NCBI GenBank assembly: GCA_964491455.1
Contig: CAZBFM010000001.1
Coordinates: forward strand, 215,229-279,228
From: an uncultured Candidatus Saccharibacteria bacterium
GTDB lineage: Bacteria; Patescibacteriota; Minisyncoccia; 2-02-FULL-40-12; GWA2-44-9
DNA: 64,000 nt
Reading direction: 5' to 3'
Below, piece after piece: positions 46,572-54,203 of this stretch. Numbering within the stretch: the first letter of the stretch is position 1; the number at the start of each line of letters is the position of its first letter. Under the pieces are notes generated by a model that saw only the letters and a list, made by a program, of their open reading frames with translations, was not told the DNA's origin and ran no database searches. Made by a program: the position numbers and the translations under genes.

Positions 46572-46736
46572 TTACCCCAAGAAACTCAACAAGCCGTACA
46601 CGAGAAAGGCAGGCCATACAAGTGCCTTCAAAAAACCGACTACACCGGCACCAAACGTCGCTGCTTGCTGAATATAAAATACCGCTGCTCCGACCATACC
46701 CACTCCGTAGACGCCACCGGATGTTGATTTGTGCAT
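46572..46736 (-). CDS. Candidate 54-aa small membrane protein
   Basis: Hand-translated (MHKSTSGGVYGVGMVGAAVFYIQQAATFGAGVVGFLKALVWPAFLVYGLLSFLG); its stop abuts the HIT start codon, suggesting an operon. Confidence 0.35.
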   Translation of the reverse strand: MHKSTSGGVYGVGMVGAAVFYIQQAATFGAGVVGFLKALVWPAFLVYGLLSFLG

Positions 46737-46754
46737 TGCAATATAATTACGATA

Positions 46755-47039
46755 CTACTCCTTCTGCTGACCCCACTGCCATCGTGGACGCTCACCCTTC
46801 GCAAAACAAAGACCGATCAAGAGAAATGTCGCAACCACGATACGCGCAATGAATGCACCCGTTGAGACCGTATCGCCCGCCGAAAACGAGCGCGCCTCAA
46901 GTGTAATTGCAACGATGTAGAGCGCCACCGCAAGCCATCCCTGCCACGTGGCGGGTGTCCACCCCCATCCGTAGAGCTTCCGCTTAAACCAAAGACGTTG
47001 TGGGTTATCACGGAGATGCGCGATGTATTCTTTGATCAT
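46755..47039 (-). CDS. Hypothetical small membrane protein
   Basis: 94 aa; two hydrophobic helices, Trp-rich. Confidence 0.35.
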   Translation of the reverse strand: MIKEYIAHLRDNPQRLWFKRKLYGWGWTPATWQGWLAVALYIVAITLEARSFSAGDTVSTGAFIARIVVATFLLIGLCFAKGERPRWQWGQQKE

Positions 47040-47051
47040 ACGCGTATTATC

Positions 47052-47864
47052 TCACTCTTGTTCCACTTGTCCACGTGCATGTGTATAGGCGCACCAGTCA
47101 CACGATGGTCCCGACGCAGGCATCTCATCACCCTCGAGGCACTCCTTGATCTGTCCCAATACTCCATCCACCCACCCGTCGCTTCCCGTGTACGCAATGA
47201 GATGCACATCAAAATCAATCCGTTTATCAAATGCCTGTCGATCCATCTTGCCGGTGCAGTACACAAAGTAGCCCGTATCCGATACGGTGAGACCATTGCG
47301 ACGCAGGAGCCACTGATAGATCTCCATCTGTCGTTTGTATCCATCGTGCCATGCATTATCGAGCGAGGTCACGGGCTGCTCCTTGGCGGTTGCCTTGTAG
47401 TCGACCACGATGTACTCCTGCTTGCCGTTGATCCACAAATCATCGATGGCGCCCGACACCAGCAGTCCCGTGGGCTCATGACGATGCGTGATACCGCCAA
47501 AATTGCGCCGCCACTCATCAAGTTCATCGTGCGCCATGGGACGGGAATCGATGCCATACTCAATCTGGAGCGGGTGCTGCTCGCCACGCACGCGATAGCC
47601 ATCAAACTCTTGTTTCAGGAGATGATCGACAGCGCTATTGATGTTGAATGGAAATCCTGGCACACGCTTGATCCCAAGCTTGTTGTCGATATAGAAACAG
47701 CGCGCGCACGACATGAACAGATCAATTTTCGATCGACTCAGCTTCCAATTGGCTCCCCCGTAGTTCCACGCACTTCCCCGCTTTGCAGAATAGAATTCAG
47801 ACATAGATATCTTCATCGTACCCGAATCAGCATCAATCGCAACTCCCCACATCTGAATCGACAA
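47052..47864 (-). CDS. Stand-alone PD-(D/E)XK RecB-family nuclease with Cys cluster (Cas4-like fold)
   Basis: 270 aa; motif II IDDLW, motif III VDYK, QhxxY (QMEIYQWLL), N-terminal CARC and C-terminal CDWC cysteines. Confidence 0.7.
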   Translation of the reverse strand: MSIQMWGVAIDADSGTMKISMSEFYSAKRGSAWNYGGANWKLSRSKIDLFMSCARCFYIDNKLGIKRVPGFPFNINSAVDHLLKQEFDGYRVRGEQHPLQIEYGIDSRPMAHDELDEWRRNFGGITHRHEPTGLLVSGAIDDLWINGKQEYIVVDYKATAKEQPVTSLDNAWHDGYKRQMEIYQWLLRRNGLTVSDTGYFVYCTGKMDRQAFDKRIDFDVHLIAYTGSDGWVDGVLGQIKECLEGDEMPASGPSCDWCAYTHARGQVEQE

Positions 47865-47908
47865 AAGACCTCTTCTGCCGTATAGTAATCACGTCTTTGC
47901 GGTTCTAT

Positions 47909-47979
47909 TGCGGGGTCGTCTAATGGTAGGACAGCGGCCTTTGAAGCCGTTTATTCTGGTTCGAGTCCAGACCCCGCAG
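47909..47979 (+). tRNA. tRNA-Gln (TTG)
   Basis: Acceptor TGCGGGG/CCCCGCA, anticodon stem GCGGC/GCCGT, loop CTTTGAA, T arm TCTGG-TTCGAGT-CCAGA; 3-bp D stem GTC/GAC as in tRNA-Pro/Gly. Confidence 0.75.
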
Positions 47980-48044
47980 CAATCGTGGATTTTGTGAGTA
48001 GAGAATTTGTTATAAAATGGCAGGATATTCAGGTTGGCTTGTTA

Positions 48045-48073
48045 TTTGACATATATGCGTGTTTTTGGTATAA
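48045..48073 (+). promoter_or_regulatory. Perfect sigma70 consensus promoter (TTGACA-N17-TATAAT)
   Basis: Read directly in an AT-rich tract about 65 nt after tRNA-Gln; drives the GC-rich ORF through a roughly 135-nt leader. Confidence 0.45.
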
Positions 48074-48213
48074 TGTATCACTAGTTCATTCCCATTGTTT
48101 CAGGCATTGAGGCGAACGTTTTTGACACCACTACTGGCTTCAAGAATGTTCGTCTCAATCCGAGATGCACCGCGCCCGAGCGTATCGGGTAGCAACGTAC
48201 GTGGAGGTATGCG

Positions 48214-48978
48214 ATGTCCAAGGACATTGTGAGCCCCAGAACGCTGTCAGTGCACAAAGAGCACGAGCTCCTGGGAAAATTGGAAGCCGCTGGTCTGGGC
48301 AATGCCGAGGCACAACTCGTCATCGACTCCAAGAGCAACGAGCTTGCCCGTAAGCTGGTGACGTTCATCCGTACGGGCGGCTACGAGCCGACGGTGAGCC
48401 AGAAGACGGCCCGTGCCATCCTGGGCCCCAACTACATCGGGGTCGACAAGTCCATCGAGTATCTGAAGGTCACGCCGTCCAAGGCCGACCTCAAGGTTCT
48501 CGAGGAAGTCCCGTTCAGCGACGCCGTGCTCGAGGCGTGCAAGGACACCCACGTCCTGGTCGCCGTGCTCCCGATGTCCGTGATGGGCCTCTGGGAGCGC
48601 ACCAAGCATCTGTTCTACGCCAAGGACGACGCCTGGTATCGCAACCAGGCGTTCGCCAAGGACAAGGGACAGGCGGGCTGGCATCTCGTCCGCAAGGACA
48701 TCGTGCCGAACACGACGTCCAAGACGTGGCAGGAACAGCAAGCCCTGCTCGGCAAGGACGACGAGACCCCGACGGCCCGCGTGCTCATCTACACGGTCAT
48801 CCTGACCTTCCTGGCGACGGGTCTGAAGCTCCTGCCGAACATCTACGCGAGGGTCAGCGACGTGGCCTCGGACGGTGACCGTGTCTACGTCGGCGACTTC
48901 GATGACAACGGTCTCCACGTCCGCTACTACTGGGATGACTACCGCAACGACAGCATCGGCGTCTCGTCCTCTTCATAG
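48214..48978 (+). CDS. Hypothetical protein encoded by a compositionally foreign (high-GC, GC3-saturated) gene
   Basis: 254 aa; GGAGG RBS; from about codon 25 onward nearly every third position is G/C, about 60-65% GC versus about 50% in flanks; no family recognised. Confidence 0.6.
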   Translation: MSKDIVSPRTLSVHKEHELLGKLEAAGLGNAEAQLVIDSKSNELARKLVTFIRTGGYEPTVSQKTARAILGPNYIGVDKSIEYLKVTPSKADLKVLEEVPFSDAVLEACKDTHVLVAVLPMSVMGLWERTKHLFYAKDDAWYRNQAFAKDKGQAGWHLVRKDIVPNTTSKTWQEQQALLGKDDETPTARVLIYTVILTFLATGLKLLPNIYARVSDVASDGDRVYVGDFDDNGLHVRYYWDDYRNDSIGVSSSS

Positions 48979-49048
48979 ACGAGTCGGGCAACTTCGACTT
49001 CTCACCTTCGGCTACGGCACTGTGCGTGCAGAGAAAGAGAGTATAGCC

Positions 49049-49411
49049 ATGGATAGTGAGCCCAACGAATCTGGCACTGACGCGCGACGAATCAAAATCG
49101 ATTTACGCGACATGACGCCTGACGAAGTGGTAGCGATTCTCCAAGAGAACGGATTTCAAAACGTCTCGCACGCTCTCGAGCCAGGGTGGGGCGAGGTTTC
49201 AATCTTCAACCTGCAACCAACACAAGCAGACAGAGACCAAGTCGTTCGACGCATTGCGATTCAAGAAGTCGAAGCCCCGCTACTGACCGTCGTTGTTCAT
49301 GATGGCTCAGAGCACACGCTCAAGCCAGGCCATGATCTCCGTTACTTCGAGCAACATGGCGATCGTCAGGCTGGCTGGGGCTGGGCGCGAACATCGTATC
49401 TCTACAAGTAA
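49049..49411 (+). CDS. Hypothetical protein (second gene of the tRNA-Gln-proximal pair)
   Basis: 121 aa from internal ATG with weak purine-rich RBS; normal composition; terminator immediately downstream. Confidence 0.4.
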   Translation: MDSEPNESGTDARRIKIDLRDMTPDEVVAILQENGFQNVSHALEPGWGEVSIFNLQPTQADRDQVVRRIAIQEVEAPLLTVVVHDGSEHTLKPGHDLRYFEQHGDRQAGWGWARTSYLYK

Positions 49412-49433
49412 GCGGTCACCGACAGCGCACTCT

Positions 49434-49461
49434 CCGCACCATCACCGGTGCGGATTTTTTT
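49434..49461 (+). terminator. Intrinsic terminator
   Basis: CCGCACC-ATCACC-GGTGCGG then ATTTTTTT. Confidence 0.55.
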
Positions 49462-49518
49462 ATGGATACAAGGTGTTGTATCCGGATGTTGACATTATCG
49501 CGCATTTAGACGTATAAT
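49462..49518 (+). promoter_or_regulatory. Palindrome (GGATACAA-N4-TTGTATCC) abutting a TTGACA-N18-TATAAT promoter
   Basis: Perfect 8-bp inverted repeat ends 7 nt before the -35 hexamer; promoter about 30 nt upstream of the 49547 ORF, which has an AAAGGAG RBS. Confidence 0.4.
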
Positions 49519-49546
49519 ATGGATTGCCATTTCAAAAGGAGCTTTC

Positions 49547-49831
49547 ATGGACGTCGCGCAGGCGGATAAGCAATACAATTTTCAGACTGAGTTTCTGAAG
49601 ATTCGAAGCGAATGCGTACGGAAATACGCCGACTGGCTCAAGCGCATCGTAGCCGAGGGCATCCACTTCGACATTGTTGTGGTGTCGGAGTTTGAAGCTA
49701 CCTCAGCCAAGCGCTACCTCGATGACATCGGCGTGGGCGCCAGTAATCCTCACGTGACCGTTGCCTTCTGGCACGAAGCAGAATTGAACAGACACAGTCG
49801 GTTGCGATTCCCTTTCAATCTACTCCGATAG
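49547..49831 (+). CDS. Hypothetical small protein
   Basis: 94 aa; good RBS; contains one H-x-T-x-like element (PHVTVAFW) but no confident family. Confidence 0.45.
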   Translation: MDVAQADKQYNFQTEFLKIRSECVRKYADWLKRIVAEGIHFDIVVVSEFEATSAKRYLDDIGVGASNPHVTVAFWHEAELNRHSRLRFPFNLLR

Positions 49832-49846
49832 CCAGCCACCCCTCAT

Positions 49847-49875
49847 CCCTCACGTGCACCGTGAGGGATTTTTTT
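49847..49875 (+). terminator. Intrinsic terminator
   Basis: CCCTCACG-TGCAC-CGTGAGGG then ATTTTTTT. Confidence 0.55.
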
Positions 49876-49936
49876 CAACACACCACAGACCATTTGAGTA
49901 GATGAATTCAACTTCACTATTTGGTACTATAGCTCC

Positions 49937-50320
49937 ATGCCTGATACACCCAAGCGACAGTCGGTTCGCGATTACATTGCATCCTGCCCCAAGGATGTAC
50001 AGCCTCTGCTGAATGCAATGAGAGCTGCCATTAAAAAGGCTGCACCTTCTGCGAGGGAGCGCATGGATTATTTTGATATGCCCGGCTATTCGCTCGATCA
50101 TGGCTACAACTATGACGGTATGTTTGCCTGGTTTAGTTATAAAAAACCATGTGTTCGGTTGCACGTTCGGCCGCCAGCGATCCAAGATTTCGCCGACGAC
50201 GTGGCAGGGTATCGAACGACCAAGTCGATTATTAGCTTTTCAATGACCGAGAAATTACCACTAGGTTTGATACGCAAACTTATTACACGAAGCATCGCAC
50301 TCATGAAGAGCTCCTCATAG
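49937..50320 (+). CDS. DUF1801 (YdhG-like) domain protein
   Basis: 127 aa; VRDYIASCPKDVQPLLNAMRAAIKKAAP...FSY pattern of the DUF1801 family. Confidence 0.6.
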   Translation: MPDTPKRQSVRDYIASCPKDVQPLLNAMRAAIKKAAPSARERMDYFDMPGYSLDHGYNYDGMFAWFSYKKPCVRLHVRPPAIQDFADDVAGYRTTKSIISFSMTEKLPLGLIRKLITRSIALMKSSS

Positions 50321-50375
50321 ATAGTGCCTCCTGTATACTGCAATTAGCTAACGTAGTAACTATAACCACATCACC

Positions 50376-50804
50376 ATGATCGCACTGAGCCCTTGGATCA
50401 ACTTTAATGGAAATACCGAAGAAGCCTTTACCTTTTATAAATCTGTTTTTGGCGGCGACTTTACGAGTATCATTCGACTCAAAGATCTTGCAAGCCCAGA
50501 ATTTCCCGTTGCTCAAGAGGACGCCGAAAAAATCATGCAAATTATTCTCCCCATCTCCGGCGCCAATACGCTCATCGGCAATGATGTGCCTTCATTCATG
50601 GGAGTTGTGAACGAGCAGGAGAACCGCAGTAAGATCCACGTCACCGCAGACAACACGCAAGAAGCCGACAGGCTGTTCGAGGGTCTCTCACATGGAGGGC
50701 AGGTAGAAGCACCTATGAGCGACAGTGCGTGGGGAACCTATTTCGGCATGTTTCGAGATCGATATGGCATCGAATGGGTTATTGAATCCAAGAAAAGCGC
50801 GTAA
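50376..50804 (+). CDS. VOC (glyoxalase/PhnB-like) family protein
   Basis: 142 aa; INFNGNTEEAFTFYKSVFGG and YFGMFRDRYGIEWVI characteristic of PhnB-like VOC proteins. Confidence 0.7.
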   Translation: MIALSPWINFNGNTEEAFTFYKSVFGGDFTSIIRLKDLASPEFPVAQEDAEKIMQIILPISGANTLIGNDVPSFMGVVNEQENRSKIHVTADNTQEADRLFEGLSHGGQVEAPMSDSAWGTYFGMFRDRYGIEWVIESKKSA

Positions 50805-50846
50805 CCCTCACGCTCGTAGGTTTAAGCATTCTTCTGTTGGTAAGTA

Positions 50847-50875
50847 TTGACATATACGATCTTCTGTGCTATAAT
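50847..50875 (+). promoter_or_regulatory. Perfect sigma70 consensus promoter (TTGACA-N17-TATAAT)
   Basis: Read directly; 30 nt upstream of AGGAGAG RBS and the ATG at 50907. Confidence 0.45.
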
Positions 50876-50906
50876 AGTACTGCACATTTATCAACTCAGG
50901 AGAGAG

Positions 50907-51311
50907 ATGTTTAACCCAAAAGGCATCCTCATGGTTGAGCCTTCGAAGTGGACTTCAGCAGCTCCGCACATCGATTCGGCCACCAGGATGATGACAGCCG
51001 CATGGCGACGACGACGGGTGTCCGAATCGGCATGTCGCGGAACACATCTGTGTCGCTGCGGCGTTGCTAGCGACAACCGGATCCACTTCGTCGGGAGCGC
51101 CGACATAAAGACGAATTCTCTATGCATCCACTATCTTGCCTTCCATCGGGATGAGATTCCGCAGGAAGAGCTCGACAAGGTGTATGCACTTGGATTCGAA
51201 GAGGAGGCTCCAACCATGGAGGAGCTCCGCCTGCCAATCGCACTCCTTCCGGAAACTACCTCGCTGTTGATCACGATGTCGCACTCCGCAGCGATCCCGC
51301 GCAACACCTAG
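50907..51311 (+). CDS. Hypothetical protein
   Basis: 134 aa from the ATG after the AGGAGAG RBS (listed ORF starts further upstream at 50847); locally elevated GC; no family. Confidence 0.4.
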   Translation: MFNPKGILMVEPSKWTSAAPHIDSATRMMTAAWRRRRVSESACRGTHLCRCGVASDNRIHFVGSADIKTNSLCIHYLAFHRDEIPQEELDKVYALGFEEEAPTMEELRLPIALLPETTSLLITMSHSAAIPRNT

Positions 51312-51328
51312 TTCCTCGCCCCGCACCG

Positions 51329-51355
51329 CGCCCACCTCTCACGAGGTGGGCTTTT
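51329..51355 (+). terminator. Intrinsic terminator
   Basis: GCCCACCTC-TCAC-GAGGTGGGC then TTTTT. Confidence 0.6.
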
Positions 51356-51422
51356 TGCGCATCTCACGCCTCCTTCTATACATGCATGGAATCCTGTAGA
51401 ATATCCTCAATCAATTCAGCGC

Positions 51423-52565
51423 ATGTATCACAAGATCGCACTCATTTCAGTCATTCTCTTTGCAGCTAGCTTCAGCGCCACGCATGCTGAGACTGACGTC
51501 ATTATCACGCTTGGCAAAATCGTGCAAATTGCCTCGCAACGCATAGAAGTGGTCGAGGGAACAACGCTCAGTTCAACAATTCAAGAACTGGACGTTCGTA
51601 TCCTTGAAGGCGCATGGAAAGGTACGACGGTGCGAGTGCAAAACGATATCTCCCCCTTAGAAGTCGGCGACCGCGTCAACATCGCACTATCTACCGATGA
51701 ATCAGGCCAGCCACTCATCACTGGAATTGGCTTTGCGGGAGTGTATCGACTTCCAGCTCTTGGCATGCTACTTGGCCTCTTTATTGTGCTCGTAGTCCTC
51801 TTCGGGGGTATGCCTGGCCTTCGCGGTCTCGCGAGTCTCGCCGGAAGCCTTGTGCTCATCATCTTCGTTCTTCTGCCAGGAATTCTCAATAGCGTATCCG
51901 CGCTCGGCTTGAGCATTGCCGTCTCGGCAGTCATCATCATTTTTGGATCATTTATTACGCACGGATTCAATCGCACCACGCTCGCTGCTGTTGTGGGAAT
52001 GATCGTAACCGTTATCCTCGTTGGCCTATTCGCCTCCTATGCAGTTTCTATGGCACGGCTCACCGGTTTCGAAAGTGAAGAAGTCTTATACCTCACATCC
52101 AGTGCCTCAGGCGCAGCCATCGATATCGCGGGATTACTGCTCGGTGGTATTTTGATCGGTCTTCTCGGTATTCTGTATGATATCGCCATCAGCCAGGCGA
52201 TATCCGTTGAAGAACTCCGACGAGCTTCACCGTCGATGTCGACGCGAGAGCTCCTCACCCGAGCAAATCGCATCGGTCGAGAGCACATTGGAGCACTCGT
52301 CAATACGCTGGCAATTGCGTATGCAGGCTCGTCGCTGCCGCTTCTCCTTCTTTTCTATTCACAAAACGCAAGCATCGCTGAGACACTTAATTCAGAGGTC
52401 ATCGCGACTGAAATTGTGCGCATTCTTGTGGCAAGTATTGGCCTGGTCATCGCATCACCTATCACAACCCTACTAGCTGTCGCTATACTCAAGAATCATA
52501 CCTTTGATAGTTCCTCGCGCGACAAGAGTGAGTACTCGTCGCATCACGTTCATGAAACCAATTGA
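51423..52565 (+). CDS. YibE/F-family polytopic membrane protein
   Basis: 380 aa; signal/anchor, soluble N-domain, then about 7 TM helices in YibE/F arrangement. Confidence 0.65.
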   Translation: MYHKIALISVILFAASFSATHAETDVIITLGKIVQIASQRIEVVEGTTLSSTIQELDVRILEGAWKGTTVRVQNDISPLEVGDRVNIALSTDESGQPLITGIGFAGVYRLPALGMLLGLFIVLVVLFGGMPGLRGLASLAGSLVLIIFVLLPGILNSVSALGLSIAVSAVIIIFGSFITHGFNRTTLAAVVGMIVTVILVGLFASYAVSMARLTGFESEEVLYLTSSASGAAIDIAGLLLGGILIGLLGILYDIAISQAISVEELRRASPSMSTRELLTRANRIGREHIGALVNTLAIAYAGSSLPLLLLFYSQNASIAETLNSEVIATEIVRILVASIGLVIASPITTLLAVAILKNHTFDSSSRDKSEYSSHHVHETN

Positions 52566-52899
52566 CGCCTATATCGCTCGCTACCCAGCAAACGTCAAAC
52601 GATACCTGAAGCAGCTGCGCGCTCTCATCACGGCAACTGCTCCAGCCGCGGAAGAGGCAATGCGCTATGGTATTCCGACGTTTCGCTATATGAAGAAGAA
52701 TCTTGTCCACTTCGGTGGCTTCAAAGATCATGTGAGCTTTTTCCCAGGCGCGGCTGGCATTTCTGCATTTGTTAGTGAGCTCACACGATTTAAAGTGTCC
52801 AAGGGGACCATTCAATTCTCACTCGATGCAAAGCTGCCCACTGCGCTCATTCGTCGCATCGTTCGTTTCCGAATACAGCAATGCGAGACAAAGAAATGA
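52552..52899 (+). CDS. DUF1801 (YdhG-like) domain protein, second paralog
   Basis: 115 aa from MKPIDAYIARYPANVKRYLKQLRALI...; overlaps the end of the YibE/F gene by 14 nt. Confidence 0.6.
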   Translation: MKPIDAYIARYPANVKRYLKQLRALITATAPAAEEAMRYGIPTFRYMKKNLVHFGGFKDHVSFFPGAAGISAFVSELTRFKVSKGTIQFSLDAKLPTALIRRIVRFRIQQCETKK

Positions 52900-53576
52900 A
52901 GGTTTTACTCTACGGAAAAGAGACCGAAGTGATTGTATCTGCCGTGCAAGCGGCGGGTTTTCATATCGTTGAGCGCGATCCAGATTTCGTTATTAGCTAT
53001 GGTGGCGATGGTACGCTGATTCACTCCGAATATAGCCATCCCGGCATTCCAAAGATTGTGCTGAAAAATAGTCAGATCTGCAAGCGTTGCTCACATCTTC
53101 CCAACGCCGAAGTTCTCCGTCGCGTAGCATCGGGAGCATACACTATCGAGAAACTCATCAAACTCGAGGTCGAAGTGGCCGGTCGTACCCTGACGGCAAT
53201 CAACGACATCACCGTACACAATCAGGATCCTCGTCATGCGATTCGGTATTCACTTGCCGTCAACGATCGCCCCATTGGACAAACGATCATTGGCGATGGC
53301 GTAGTGGTTGCGACACCATTTGGATCAACGGCATACTATCGAAGCATCACCGATAGCTACTTCGAGGTTGGCATTGGTCTGGCGTTCAACAACAGCACCG
53401 AACAATCCGATCACATCGTACTCCGTGATGACAGCACCATTACAGTTATTCTCTCGCGCGGTACTGCTGTTATCTATGCAGATAATCAAGACGACGCGCT
53501 TACGGTTGGTCCTGATGAACGGATTGTAATTCGGAAAGCAGCAACGCAGTGCTTGCTCGTCGTACCAAAGCAATAA
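52896..53576 (+). CDS. nadK: NAD kinase
   Basis: GGDGT motif (VISYGGDGTLIH), NE/D and DGxxxxTPxGSTAY motifs (VVVATPFGSTAYYRS); start at MKVLLYG. Confidence 0.8.
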   Translation: MKVLLYGKETEVIVSAVQAAGFHIVERDPDFVISYGGDGTLIHSEYSHPGIPKIVLKNSQICKRCSHLPNAEVLRRVASGAYTIEKLIKLEVEVAGRTLTAINDITVHNQDPRHAIRYSLAVNDRPIGQTIIGDGVVVATPFGSTAYYRSITDSYFEVGIGLAFNNSTEQSDHIVLRDDSTITVILSRGTAVIYADNQDDALTVGPDERIVIRKAATQCLLVVPKQ

Positions 53577-53593
53577 TACTAATATACGTAATC

Positions 53594-54127
53594 ATGAACT
53601 CAAGCGAATTACTCACTATTCTAAAGTCTCGATTTGAAAATAACATGCATCGCCATCGCGGTGTTGCGTGGGGCGCCATAACCAAGCTCATTGAAGCAAA
53701 TCCTGATCTTGCACGCTCACTGCAGGCAATGGAGTCAACTGGAGGAGAGCCTGATGTGATCGCCATTGACTCCAATCTCGTTTACATAGATTGCTCTCAG
53801 GAAAGCCCCAAGGGTCGCCGCAGCCTGTGCTACGATCAAAATGCACGGACATCCCGAAAAGCCAACGCTCCTGCCAGCAGCGCGATGGAGGCTGCGCATG
53901 CGATGGGCATCACGTTGGCCACCGAAGCACAGTATCGAGCTCTGCAGGCCTACGACGCCGTTGATACCACTACCTCTAGCTGGCTACTGACACCACCGAA
54001 CATTCGCGAACGTGGCGGCGCTCTATTTGGCGACCGTCGATACGATGCTGTCTTTGTCTACCACAATGGCGTTCAATCGTACTACGCCGCTCGAGGGTTT
54101 CGTGGAGCGATACTACTGTCACGGTGA
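53594..54127 (+). CDS. DUF4256 domain protein
   Basis: 177 aa from MNSSELLTILKSRFE...; family-level resemblance only. Confidence 0.55.
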   Translation: MNSSELLTILKSRFENNMHRHRGVAWGAITKLIEANPDLARSLQAMESTGGEPDVIAIDSNLVYIDCSQESPKGRRSLCYDQNARTSRKANAPASSAMEAAHAMGITLATEAQYRALQAYDAVDTTTSSWLLTPPNIRERGGALFGDRRYDAVFVYHNGVQSYYAARGFRGAILLSR

Positions 54128-54131
54128 GATA

Positions 54132-54159
54132 TTGACACTTTAGATTATTGCTGTATTAT
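54132..54159 (+). promoter_or_regulatory. Sigma70-type promoter (TTGACA-N16-TATTAT, TG immediately upstream of -10)
   Basis: Read directly, about 45 nt upstream of the BI-1 gene ATG. Confidence 0.35.
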
Positions 54160-54203
54160 TGCATTGCTGTTTTACAATTTCTACATCTTTCGAGGTGCTA
54201 CCA

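Noticed and set aside
46998-47885. 295-aa plus-strand ORF covering the nuclease locus
   Set aside because: All PD-(D/E)XK motifs, the QhxxY motif and the Cys pairs are on the minus-strand frame. The plus frame has no recognisable features.
48247-48918. 223-aa minus-strand ORF and 113-aa plus-strand ORF (48537-48878) overlapping the GC-rich gene
   Set aside because: These are shadow ORFs produced by the high-GC, GC3-biased sequence, where stop codons are depleted in all frames. The promoter, RBS and codon periodicity support only the + strand 48214-48978 frame.
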